28,908 nucleotides of DNA from a bacterium (GTDB lineage Bacteria > Patescibacteriota > Gracilibacteria > BD1-5 > UBA2023), in the NCBI GenBank assembly GCA_031422145.1, contig JANOQA010000172.1, forward strand, positions 1-28,908, in the 5' to 3' direction. The stretch's first letter is position 1. Each line of letters starts with the position of its first letter. Shown piece by piece: positions 19,949 through 28,793 of this stretch. The notes below the pieces were generated by a model. It saw only the letters and a list, made by a program, of their open reading frames with translations, did not search any database and had not been told where the DNA came from. A program made the translations under genes and the position numbers.

Positions 19949-21334
19949 TTAGCAATTCACCCCGATAGATTGGAGCTCTGTCTTAAATCTCGTCCACTCA
20001 CTCACGAGAGCGAGGCGAACGAGCTCTTCTTGAGCCTGTCTATCAAACATACGTACCGCATTACTAAGAGATACTGTATGGCTCGAAGTTCCCAAAAATG
20101 AAACTACGGCAGTACCTATGGCGGAGTTAAACTGTATGACGCTCTCATGGCTCACTATGGCATAGAGAGTCTTCCAGTCATTTTCTTGGAAATTTTTTAG
20201 ACCAGGAGCTCGAATAATGAGTTGTTCTTTAAGAAAATTTTCTGAGAGAGTCTTTCCAGTATTCTCAAAAATATAGCGGAGTATGTCGGAAAGTTTCATG
20301 ACTATATCCATAGGCATTACCGATATATTTTGAATATCCTGAGCAAAGAATGTATTACCAGATCACTGTCCCGTAGTTGTCCGGTCGGAAAACCGCTCTA
20401 TCGTAGCAACTGAAAAGTCATCTAAAAAGTGATGTTCATATCCAGATCGAGCAGCAGCTATCCCAAATTCTGTATCCTCCCCTCCAGAAACTTCCTTAAA
20501 TCCTCCTACCTTCCGAAAAAGTTCAGGCGAGAATACCATGTGAGCTCACTCTACGCTTTCATTGGACATATTAGCAGTATTTGCCGTAGTTGCTCTCTGG
20601 AGAGTCACTTTCCCTTGTACAAAATCACTCTCATGATACACAGAAGCATCTTTCATTACAACCGCCTCTCTAAAATGCCGAAACATTTCAAAGACATAAT
20701 AATTTCTATTAATTATCTTGAGAGTTTCTTCAAATGGAGCAGGACAGAGACTGAGTCTCGGACCATGAAATAGAGGACGTAATATATTTTCTCGTACTAT
20801 TTGTCCGTGATACGGGGTTGGCTGAGTATCTCCATCTGCCATCACGATTTGCTGAAGGTTTGGATATCTAGACAGGAGATATCCGACCCCTGCGTTTCTC
20901 GCTATTCCTATATTACAACGAGGAAGAGGATTTGTATGTAGATCAACTATATCGAGAGATACTCCTGGATTACGCCCCAGTATCTCTACTATTTGTTTTG
21001 CGGCCAAGAGTTCGCTGAGATAGGCAGAAGGAAATAAGTCCGCTACCTGATTTTTCAGAGTAAATTTAGGCATACTATCCGTAAGATCACTCGGAATATC
21101 TCCTTGCTGCAGAGATGTGAGGAGACGCAGAGTTTGGGCATTGCTCTCTTGTACGATGGTCGAAGCAGTACTCGGAGCATTTACGACTACTGAGAGGACG
21201 GTAGATATTTCTGCTCCAGTTTGGTCAGCCGATCGAGCAAAGCCAGCAAGAGTTTGGAGTATACTGTGTCATTCGGCATATGCAGGAATGACGACTCCAA
21301 TAGCGGGTGACGAGGATGTAGAAGTGGGATACAT
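19949..21334 (-). CDS. Glycosyltransferase family 2 (GT-A) protein, 461 aa
   Basis: GVVIPAYAE, NIGIARNAG, IVMADGDT (DxD) and FRKVGGFKEVSGGEDTEFG. Joins track ORFs 20546..21073 and 19949..20317. Confidence 0.88.
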
Positions 21335-21340
21335 AGTATG

Positions 21341-21369
21341 TTTATACTCATACATCCTATATGTGTCAA
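21341..21369 (-). promoter_or_regulatory. Sigma70-like promoter TTGACA-17-TATAAA, 6 nt before the GT2 ATG
   Basis: Perfect -35, 5/6 -10 and 17-nt spacer. Confidence 0.65.
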
Positions 21370-21487
21370 TCATTTTTCATTTAGGATATAAATATCCAGG
21401 CACGAGTACTTATTTCTTCACAAGGACTCTGGTTATAGACCGAAAATTTTTTGGTTTGATATTGTGAGATACTATCTTATTTCAAGA

Positions 21488-21512
21488 AAAATCTCGAATA
21501 CATCGAGATTTT
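21488..21512 (-). terminator. Terminator downstream of tRNA-Cys
   Basis: 10-bp stem AAAATCTCGA/TCGAGATTTT with a 5-nt loop and a U-rich tail on the minus strand, 14 nt after CCA. Confidence 0.7.
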
Positions 21513-21525
21513 GTATACATCATTT

Positions 21526-21599
21526 TGGAGGCACCACCCGGAGTCGAACCGGGCTACGAAGCTTTGCAGGCCCCTACATAACCGATCTGCCATGGCGCC
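21526..21599 (-). tRNA. tRNA-Cys (GCA)
   Basis: GGCGCCA/TGGTGCC acceptor stem, anticodon loop CT-GCA-AA, T-loop TTCGACT, U73 discriminator and encoded CCA; 74 nt. Confidence 0.97.
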
Positions 21600-21694
21600 A
21601 AATTTGCAGCGGTGGTACTATAAAGTCTTCTTCTTGAAAATCAATAGTTTTGATCTGAGCTCGAGATATATCGTACAGATCCACTATCTTTCTC

Positions 21695-22246
21695 TTATTT
21701 ACTACACGTAAAACTTTCGAATATAGCATTATACTTCTGAGTATCGGTGATCGAGAGAGCGAGCCCGATCGTCATGAGATAGACATCCTTTCCACAGAGC
21801 TTGGCAGTCTGGATGAATTTCTGTTTGGGGGTTTCAGGGTTATATTTTGCCTCAAATACCTGGAGCGTCCCCTCGTCGCCATCGGCCCATTTGACCGTTG
21901 TATCGGAAAGCTTGGTATATTCGGTATAGGTACCACTCGTGAGAGCCTGGCTGACGACCATATATTTTCGAGAAGTCATCTTTGGATCAGCATCGGGACC
22001 GAGTGTATCTTTGAGGATGAGGAGATTATTGGCAAATCCATTAGAAATATCAGGAGAAGTCATCGCAAGACCGATCGTACCATTCTTTGGATTTGGGAGG
22101 CTTTTTGCATCGACCGCTATCCAGGTTTTGGGTACATTTACGGTATATCCGGTACCCTTTTGTTCTGTCAGGGCTACATTCGTATCATCTCCTCCAAAAC
22201 AAGACGTGAGAGTGAGAGTAATGATGAGAAGGCTAAGGATTTTCAT
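21695..22246 (-). CDS. Lipoprotein, possibly PsbP/DUF1795-like fold, 183 aa
   Basis: Signal peptide with lipobox LTSC. YTVNVPKTW near the N-terminus and IFESF at the C-terminus resemble PsbP-like proteins. Confidence 0.65.
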   Translation of the reverse strand: MKILSLLIITLTLTSCFGGDDTNVALTEQKGTGYTVNVPKTWIAVDAKSLPNPKNGTIGLAMTSPDISNGFANNLLILKDTLGPDADPKMTSRKYMVVSQALTSGTYTEYTKLSDTTVKWADGDEGTLQVFEAKYNPETPKQKFIQTAKLCGKDVYLMTIGLALSITDTQKYNAIFESFTCSK

Positions 22247-22337
22247 AAAAAGTGAGACGAGGAGCTCAAAAAAAGCTCGATATATTGAAACTTAGTATAT
22301 ACAAAGTTTGTTTCATACAAAATGATATACATCCGAC

Positions 22338-23489
22338 CTATTTTTCTAGAAATTGATGCATCATGTAGAGGCTTCCAAATACGACGAATAAATCTTTTTG
22401 ATTCTGCAAAGAGAGCTCCCTAATCTCCTCAGGAGTACAGAGTATACTCTGTACTCAGATCTGACGTAGCTCCTCTCTGAGAGTCTGAGCATCTGATATA
22501 CGAAATGAGTTACAGTCCACTACTCCAAATTTTTCAATGGTACAGAATACGTCGGTAACGAGTCTGGCAGATTTTCCTGATTTCAGATTAAAAAAATAGT
22601 GGATTTTGTTCCATAGAGGGGATATCGTATCAAGGTACGAAGCGAGTTTACGGATTCCATCTTCGTTATGAGCTCCATCGATGAGTAGATTTGTCTCTAT
22701 ATACTCGAGTCTTCCATGATGTGAGACATGGAGTAAGGCCTCTTGCATTATTTCTTTTGAGAGCCCTATATATCGTCCAGCCTCGTAGGCGATCTGAGCG
22801 TTAGATATTTGATGATCACCGATGAGATTGGTCTGAAGAGACAAAGTAGAGTCAATCCGTATTACTTGAGATCTACGATGGAGTGCTATCGACTCAAGTG
22901 TAGGATTTTCTGCGTAGAGAATGACGGGAATATTTGATTTAATAATCCCTCCCTTTTCGTAGGATATTTGTTCGAGTGTCTCTCCGAGAAACTCCATGTG
23001 ATCATATGAAATACTCGTTATAATAGAGAGTATCGGAATGATAATATTAGTAGCATCGAGTCTTCCACCCAGACCTACTTCGATGATGGCATATTCTACT
23101 TTCTGATCTCGGAAATATAAGAAGGCTATCAGAACACACTTTTCATAGTAGGAGAGTACGGGGGTATAGGCAGCACACAGATCTATGTACGGAAGGAATG
23201 CTTTCTTTGAGATGATTCCTTGATCTGTTTCAAAACGTTCACGAATATCTATATTGTGAGGACTCGTATAAACCCCTACTTTTTTACTCGACTCCTTCAG
23301 CATCTGAAAGAGCATCTTAGAGGTGCTTCCTTTTCAATTTGTTCCAGCTATGTGAATAGATTTAAAACTTTTTTCTGGATTTCAAAAATGATCACATGCT
23401 CTCTGGATAGCATCCAGCGAATAGTCAGTAATTACCTCAATATCAAAAAACTCTTCTACTTTTATTTTGTATAGGTCCTCACTCCACAT
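22338..23489 (-). CDS. folC: Folylpolyglutamate synthase/dihydrofolate synthase, 383 aa
   Basis: IHIAGTN(G)KGST, YTSPH, IEVGLGGRLDATN, DHMEFLG, EKGGIIK, GRLE, IDGAHN and VVFGSLY. Confidence 0.95.
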
Positions 23490-23501
23490 ATTTTTTTATA
23501 C

Positions 23502-23831
23502 TTAAACTATCACAAAACTTTTCCCCACTCCAAAGATAAAAAATGCTCCGAGAAGTCCGAGTACGACAAATCTCATTTTATAAGCCAATCATCCCGTGAT
23601 AGCAAGTCCATAGGAAATGAGGGAATACAGAAGAACACAGAGAGCAAATAAAAATACTGGCTGCGTAGCTCGAGATACTTCAGAAAGTATATCAGTGAGG
23701 TAGCCTCCGGCTACAAAAAGAGAGAGTGTCAGATAGATCGTCGTCACCCAAGCAAAAAATCCTTTGGCGAGGTGGAGTCGGCGAGCAGCGATCTCGAGTA
23801 CGGGATCGTAAGTGGGAGGAGTTTCGTTCAT
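23502..23831 (-). CDS. Small membrane protein (~3 TM helices), 109 aa
   Basis: Three hydrophobic stretches. TGA at 23589 is read through to TAA at 23502, 12 nt before the folC start. Confidence 0.7.
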
Positions 23832-23895
23832 GAGTGTATTTCTCGAGTTGATTTTCGGGATAGTTTCTTTACTCTTGAGGGGATTATAGATCAAA

Positions 23896-24189
23896 ATGAC
23901 CCTCACACAAGCACAAATCGCTCACATTGCTCGACTCTCTCGTCTCGAGCTCACTCCAGACCAGCTCGAACACTTTCGATCGGATATAGATTCTATCGTT
24001 GGATACATGGATATTTTGGATCAGATTCCTCAGTCAGAGCTCGATCGTGTCAGTCTGCCAGAAGGTATGATACTCCCATTACGAGCTGATATCGTTACTC
24101 CTTCGGATATATCGAGAGAGTCACTGCTTTCGGTATCCGCTCAAAAGAAAATAGCGGGAGCGATCGCCCTGCCTAATATCATGAGTTAG
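23896..24189 (+). CDS. gatC: Asp/Glu-tRNA amidotransferase subunit C
   Basis: IAHIARLSRLEL...DIDSIVGYMDIL...LRADIV. Confidence 0.9.
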   Translation: MTLTQAQIAHIARLSRLELTPDQLEHFRSDIDSIVGYMDILDQIPQSELDRVSLPEGMILPLRADIVTPSDISRESLLSVSAQKKIAGAIALPNIMS

Positions 24190-24194
24190 ACGGC

Positions 24195-25319
24195 ATGATC
24201 ACGAGTATTTCGCTGTATCAGTTTAAAAATCATCTCTCCTTTTCGACCACTCTCTCGGATCGAGTCATTTGTACGGGGAGAAATGGAGCTGGCAAGTCCA
24301 ATCTCCTCTCCGCTCTCTATCTGGGTATAAATGGTATCCTCCCTCGAGGAGCGACTCTCGATAGCCTTTTCCCGCAGAGTGCGACTCAGGGGCAGGTACG
24401 TCTGGTCATCCCGACTCATGTAGGGGACGCAGAATATACCGTATCTTTTGATCGAGAGACACGAGCTCTCCGACTCCTCTACCAGGGAGAAAAAGAGACT
24501 CGAGGAGCCTATCTCGCGAGACATCAGCTTCGGGCTGTCCTCTTTGATCCCATAGAGATGAATCTCCTGTACCTCGGCCCCTCACTCCGGCGTGACTTTC
24601 TCGACGAGATACTCCTCATCGCTCATCCCGAATTTCTCTCTATCCGGCGTAAATACTATCAGATTCTTCGTTCGAGAAATGCCCTTCTCAAATCTATCTC
24701 TAAAGGAGAGTCTCCCGAGAGTGATCTCGCTACGTGGGATCTCCTCCTGGCAGATTCTATTATTCTATATGAGGCCTATCGAGAAAAGATTATAGCCCAT
24801 TTTCGGACTCACCTCCAAGATTTTGAGTCGTCGATATGTTTTTGAGACTACACTCCGCGGCTCGCTCTGATATATGAGAGTATCACTGCGACCACTCGAG
24901 ATGTACTACTGGCACATTTGACTACTCTGAGATCTCGAGAGATACGATCGGGTCATACCGCTCTTGGCTCCCACCTGAGCGATGCTCTATTTCTCGTCAC
25001 TCTCCGAGATGATACAGAGAGGCCGGTAGATTTTTCGTATGATCCGGATATTTGGGTTGATACGGCTACATATCTTTCCAGATGAGAAAACAAAACGCTC
25101 CTTCTCTTATTAAAATTTTTCTCAGTATCCTATATCGAGTCGGTATCCGGTACGAAAGTAGTACTCTTGCTCGATGATATACTCTCAGAGCTCGATCACG
25201 CTCATAGTGAGACACTCTTTCGATACTGCGAAAATCGACAGTATATATGTACGACACATCACGTACCACCAGCTCTCGTACAGGATACAGCTATCCAAAA
25301 ACTACATATAAACTCATAA
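24195..25319 (+). CDS. recF: DNA replication and repair protein RecF, 374 aa
   Basis: LYQFKNH, GRNGAGKSNLL, GPSLRRDFLD, ABC signature LSR(G)ENK and Walker B LLLDDILSELD. Ends in TAA at 25319. Confidence 0.93.
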
Positions 25320-25401
25320 ATATATACTTGTCCAGATATATTCTTTCCCTGGGAGACTGCTTTCTGATAGTATATCCTCAAAGTCAATTAACACTCATTG
25401 T

Positions 25402-27063
25402 ATGAAACGTTTTCTTGCGAGTTTTGTCGCAATACTCCTCGCCACTCCATTTTCTCTTACGTACGCTGCAGACCAAGAGACCGATCGACTCGAAGTCACC
25501 GTCCCAGCTACTGCTAAGATAGGAGAAGCCGTAGATCTCACGGTAAAAGCCGTCGCTAAAGATGGAAGTCTCGTAAAAAACTATGCAGGTACCGTCTTTG
25601 TGATCGTAGACAATGACAACAAAGCTACCGTTCCGTATGCAGAGGGTTACACCTTTACTACCGCAGATCAGGGTCAAAAAGTCTTTTCTAAGGGGCTTTC
25701 ATTTACGAAAGAAGGTACATTTAAGGTAGTAGTCTCTGACTTTGATAAGCCAAAGATCGAAGGTACCAATAAAGTCAAAGTAGGAGGTGGAGATACTCCA
25801 GTAGTGAGTACCGGATCGGAGCTGGTTACAATTACTTCTCCAGATAACAACTCTACTCTCGGAAGTAAGGACCTCTCGGTCACTGGAACTACCAAGAAGA
25901 ACTCTAAAGTTCAACTTTTTATCAACGGAACAAAAGCTCTCGAGAGTCAAACCGATGAAAAAGGACAGTTTATATTTCAGGCGAAAAATATTGACCAAGT
26001 CACCAATATACTTTCTGTCAAAGTCCTCGATGGGTCAGATAAAGTGGTAGGTGAATCTACTAAAGTGAGCGTACAGATCAGCGCAGACGGACCCATGATG
26101 AAATCCGCTACCATCGTGAGTGGAGCGGAGAAAGGAGCTATCGCAGATACATATACAGCTCTAGCTGGAGCTCAAGTATCCCTGAGTGTCACGGCCGATG
26201 CTGGACTTAAGGAAGTATCTGTGAGTACAGGTGGAATGATCACCCTTCTCAAAGAAACTACCACGGGACTCTACACCGGAAATGTCACCGCACCAAAAGT
26301 GGTAGGTATGGCGAGTCTGGATGTCACCCTCAAAAATGAACTCGGAAAGACTACCCTCAAGTCAGGAGCTATCAAACTCGACGTTCAAGCTCCCAAAACT
26401 ACTTTCAAAAATGTGAAGGTAGAGACCGGGGACAAGAAAGCAAATTTTACTTTTGAGGTAGAAAATGAGCCGGTCACCGTGGCAAAATATGAATTTGAAT
26501 TTGTAACCGGTACCGGAGCTGCGAAAAAGGCCACAAGTTTTGAGAAGGAGAAGATCAAAAATGCGAGTGGTGCGTATGTATGGTATATTACCGGACTCGA
26601 AATTGCGGAGTATGACTTTGTGATATCAGGAATAGATGCTACCGGAGCTAAAGTAGCTGGAGCCTCGTCTGAAACTATCGTCGTAGATCTTTCTCTCGGA
26701 GCCGCTGGAAAATGTATGATATCCAATGTCTCTGGACTCAAGTCTACTACTACTGGAGATACGAGTACACTCTCTTGGGATACGGTCGCTGAGGCAGCCT
26801 CGTACAAGATCTATAAAAAGGACGCCAGTGGAAACTTTGTTTTCATCGAAGAAATGAAAGGAACCACCTATACGATCCAAGTGAGTGCTGGACCTGTAAA
26901 ATACGAAGAATTTACCGTCAAAGCGGTATGTGCTGATAAAGCAGAGTCAAAAGACTTTGCTCCGTCTACTCGAGTAAAGACGGGCCCTGCTCAGATTTTT
27001 CTCTTTGTAGTACTCGCTCTCGGGCTTGGATACTTCCTCCTCCGACGAAAGAGCATCGTATAG
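25402..27063 (+). CDS. Secreted multi-Ig/FN3-like surface protein with C-terminal TGP-TM-RRK anchor, 553 aa
   Basis: Signal peptide (TYA|A), Thr/Val/Lys-rich beta-strand domains, C-terminal VKTGP plus a hydrophobic helix and RRK. Confidence 0.8.
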   Translation: MKRFLASFVAILLATPFSLTYAADQETDRLEVTVPATAKIGEAVDLTVKAVAKDGSLVKNYAGTVFVIVDNDNKATVPYAEGYTFTTADQGQKVFSKGLSFTKEGTFKVVVSDFDKPKIEGTNKVKVGGGDTPVVSTGSELVTITSPDNNSTLGSKDLSVTGTTKKNSKVQLFINGTKALESQTDEKGQFIFQAKNIDQVTNILSVKVLDGSDKVVGESTKVSVQISADGPMMKSATIVSGAEKGAIADTYTALAGAQVSLSVTADAGLKEVSVSTGGMITLLKETTTGLYTGNVTAPKVVGMASLDVTLKNELGKTTLKSGAIKLDVQAPKTTFKNVKVETGDKKANFTFEVENEPVTVAKYEFEFVTGTGAAKKATSFEKEKIKNASGAYVWYITGLEIAEYDFVISGIDATGAKVAGASSETIVVDLSLGAAGKCMISNVSGLKSTTTGDTSTLSWDTVAEAASYKIYKKDASGNFVFIEEMKGTTYTIQVSAGPVKYEEFTVKAVCADKAESKDFAPSTRVKTGPAQIFLFVVLALGLGYFLLRRKSIV

Positions 27064-27074
27064 TTTTCCTAGGT

Positions 27075-27110
27075 AAAAAATCTTAAGTAAAATACTTAGG
27101 ATTTTTTTTT
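27075..27110 (+). terminator. Intrinsic terminator of the surface-protein gene
   Basis: 15-bp stem (one U.G) with an AAA loop and a 9-U tract. Confidence 0.8.
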
Positions 27111-27136
27111 GACTCTCGAAGAGTTTTTTATACAAT
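27109..27136 (+). promoter_or_regulatory. Promoter TTGACT-16-TACAAT for rpsT-infC-rpmI-rplT
   Basis: Near-consensus hexamers ~77 nt upstream of the rpsT ATG. Confidence 0.65.
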
Positions 27137-27213
27137 GCCGAGCACAAAGACCGGTGTTCACTCTCTTCTGAGTTTCAAAAGAGCGATCTGGGACATCTTT
27201 TTATTATTATTCC

Positions 27214-27666
27214 ATGCCAGTTACAAAATCTGCTACCAAGGCTCATCGACAGAGTCTTACCAAGAGATCCAAAAACAAGCACTTTACTGCTCTTTATAAA
27301 GAGGCTCTCAAAGCATTTGAGAAAGTAGTTGCTTCTGGAGCAAAGGATGTCTCATCTGAGCTTTCTCAACTCTATAGTGCGATCGATACTCTCGTAAAAA
27401 AGAATATTCTCCACAAAAATAACGCCGCTCACCGAAAATCTAAAGCTACAAAAGCCGTAGCTAAAGCAGGATCAGCTCTAAATTCAATGGTGAAAAAAGT
27501 AGCAGTATCTAAAAAAACAGCCGCGGCTGCTGCAAAAGCAAGTAAAGCTCCAGCTGCTCCTAAGGCAGAAAAGTCAGCTAAAGAGTCTACTCCAAAAGTA
27601 GAAAAAGCTCCTGCTGTCGCTAAAAAGCCAGCTGCCAAAAAAGCTCCTGCTAAGTCAGCGAAGTAA
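27214..27666 (+). CDS. rpsT: 30S ribosomal protein S20 with Lys/Ala/Pro-rich C-terminal extension
   Basis: MPVTKSATKAHRQSL...IDTLVKKNILHKNNAAHRKS is the S20 core. Confidence 0.95.
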   Translation: MPVTKSATKAHRQSLTKRSKNKHFTALYKEALKAFEKVVASGAKDVSSELSQLYSAIDTLVKKNILHKNNAAHRKSKATKAVAKAGSALNSMVKKVAVSKKTAAAAAKASKAPAAPKAEKSAKESTPKVEKAPAVAKKPAAKKAPAKSAK

Positions 27667-28181
27667 TGGCTCCAAAAGACAAAAAGATAAATGGTCAGAT
27701 TCGAGCTTCAGAAGTCGTGGTCATCCTCGAATCTGGAGAAACCCTCGGAAAACTCACTCTAGATCAAGCACTCGACAAGGCCGAAGAGCTTACTCTCGAT
27801 CTCGTAGAGATCGGTATGCAAAACGGTTCAGTGCTTTGCAAGATCATGGACTATGGTAAATTTCTATTCAAACAACAGAAAAACCAAGCCCATGGGAAAG
27901 CCAGCTCCAAGAAAGCGGATCTCAAAACCCTCAAGATTACGTACAAGATCGGAGAACATGATCTCGACATCCGTCGTAAACAAGCTATCAAGTTTGCAGC
28001 AGATGGTCATCCTCTCAAGATCATGCTTACTCTGAGAGGTCGAGAAAATCACTTCGTAGCACTCGCAGAAGCTAAAATGAAGGACTTCATCAAATCTCTC
28101 GAAGAACACTACAAGACCCAGGATCAAAAACCTCAAAAAACAGGAAATAGCTTTGCGATCATCCTCTACTCTAAAAAATAA
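27666..28181 (+). CDS. infC: Translation initiation factor IF-3
   Basis: KINGQIRASEV, LDLVEI, CKIMDYGKFLF, KIGEHDLDIR and LRGRE. Confidence 0.97.
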   Translation: MAPKDKKINGQIRASEVVVILESGETLGKLTLDQALDKAEELTLDLVEIGMQNGSVLCKIMDYGKFLFKQQKNQAHGKASSKKADLKTLKITYKIGEHDLDIRRKQAIKFAADGHPLKIMLTLRGRENHFVALAEAKMKDFIKSLEEHYKTQDQKPQKTGNSFAIILYSKK

Positions 28182-28184
28182 TTT

Positions 28185-28385
28185 ATGAAACAGAAAACTC
28201 ACTCCGGCGCTAAGAAACGCGTCAAAGTATCTGGAACTGGAAAGTTCATCCTTCCAAAATCTTGCAAACGTCACCTCCTCGCCAACAAATCAAAGAAAGC
28301 AAAGGGACGAAATAAGTATGGATTTGTAGGGACTCCTGCCAATACACGAGCACTTCGACAGTGTCTTCCTAATAGCATGAGATAG
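28185..28385 (+). CDS. rpmI: 50S ribosomal protein L35
   Basis: KQKTHSGAKKRVKVSGTGK...RHLL; lies between infC and rplT. Confidence 0.96.
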   Translation: MKQKTHSGAKKRVKVSGTGKFILPKSCKRHLLANKSKKAKGRNKYGFVGTPANTRALRQCLPNSMR

Positions 28386-28404
28386 TTTATTTTAATATTA
28401 CCAT

Positions 28405-28749
28405 ATGACACGAGTAAAACGAGGAGTCACCTCCCACGCACGACACAAAAAGATCATCGCCCGAGCTAAGGGGTACCGCATGATGAACGGGAATGTATTT
28501 TCTCGAGTAAAAAATGCTGTCGCAAAAGCTGGAATGAATGCGTACATCGACCGACGCAACAAAAAGCGAACCTTCCGAAATCTCTGGATCGTCCGTCTCA
28601 ACAACGCCGTTCGAGCTCTCGGATCTACGTACTCTGAGTTTATCAACCAACTCTATCTCAAACAGGTAAAGCTCGACCGAAAGGCTCTTTCTAATCTTGC
28701 TATCTCTCATCCTGAAGTATTTGCCAAGGTAGTTGCTTTCGTAAAGTAG
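28405..28749 (+). CDS. rplT: 50S ribosomal protein L20
   Basis: MTRVKRGV...AKGY...AYIDRRNKKRTFRNLWIVRLN...LDRKALSNLA. Confidence 0.98.
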   Translation: MTRVKRGVTSHARHKKIIARAKGYRMMNGNVFSRVKNAVAKAGMNAYIDRRNKKRTFRNLWIVRLNNAVRALGSTYSEFINQLYLKQVKLDRKALSNLAISHPEVFAKVVAFVK

Positions 28750-28765
28750 TTTTCTGATACAGAAA

Positions 28766-28793
28766 TAAAAAGATCCAGAAATGGATCTTTTTA
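28766..28793. terminator. Terminator after rplT (likely bidirectional)
   Basis: 12-bp stem TAAAAAGATCCA/TGGATCTTTTTA with a GAAA loop. Confidence 0.85.

Noticed and set aside
14665-21599. Island integrated at the tRNA-Cys 3' end
   Set aside because: I found no duplicate of the tRNA 3' end (TGGAGGCACC on +) and no integrase in the window. The region is orphan-rich, but no att site is supported.
1926-25085. Many genes apparently broken by stops (mass pseudogenisation or frameshifts)
   Set aside because: All fragments are in frame and separated only by TGA at Gly positions. Essential genes such as tilS are affected, so recoding explains it.
1926-25085. TGA as Trp (code 4) or selenocysteine
   Set aside because: TGA falls on conserved Gly motifs (GKS, GTNGKG, SRG, VGPRGG), not on Trp or Cys positions.
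23896-25319. gatC without gatA/gatB, and recF away from dnaA-dnaN
   Set aside because: Dispersed operons are common in CPR genomes; the partner genes are probably elsewhere.
614-28710. Numerous opposite-strand or alternate-frame ORFs in the track (e.g. 975..1856, 9880..10416, 11730..12086, 17461..18045, 21117..21467, 28387..28710)
   Set aside because: They overlap well-supported genes and show no motifs; they are shadow ORFs.
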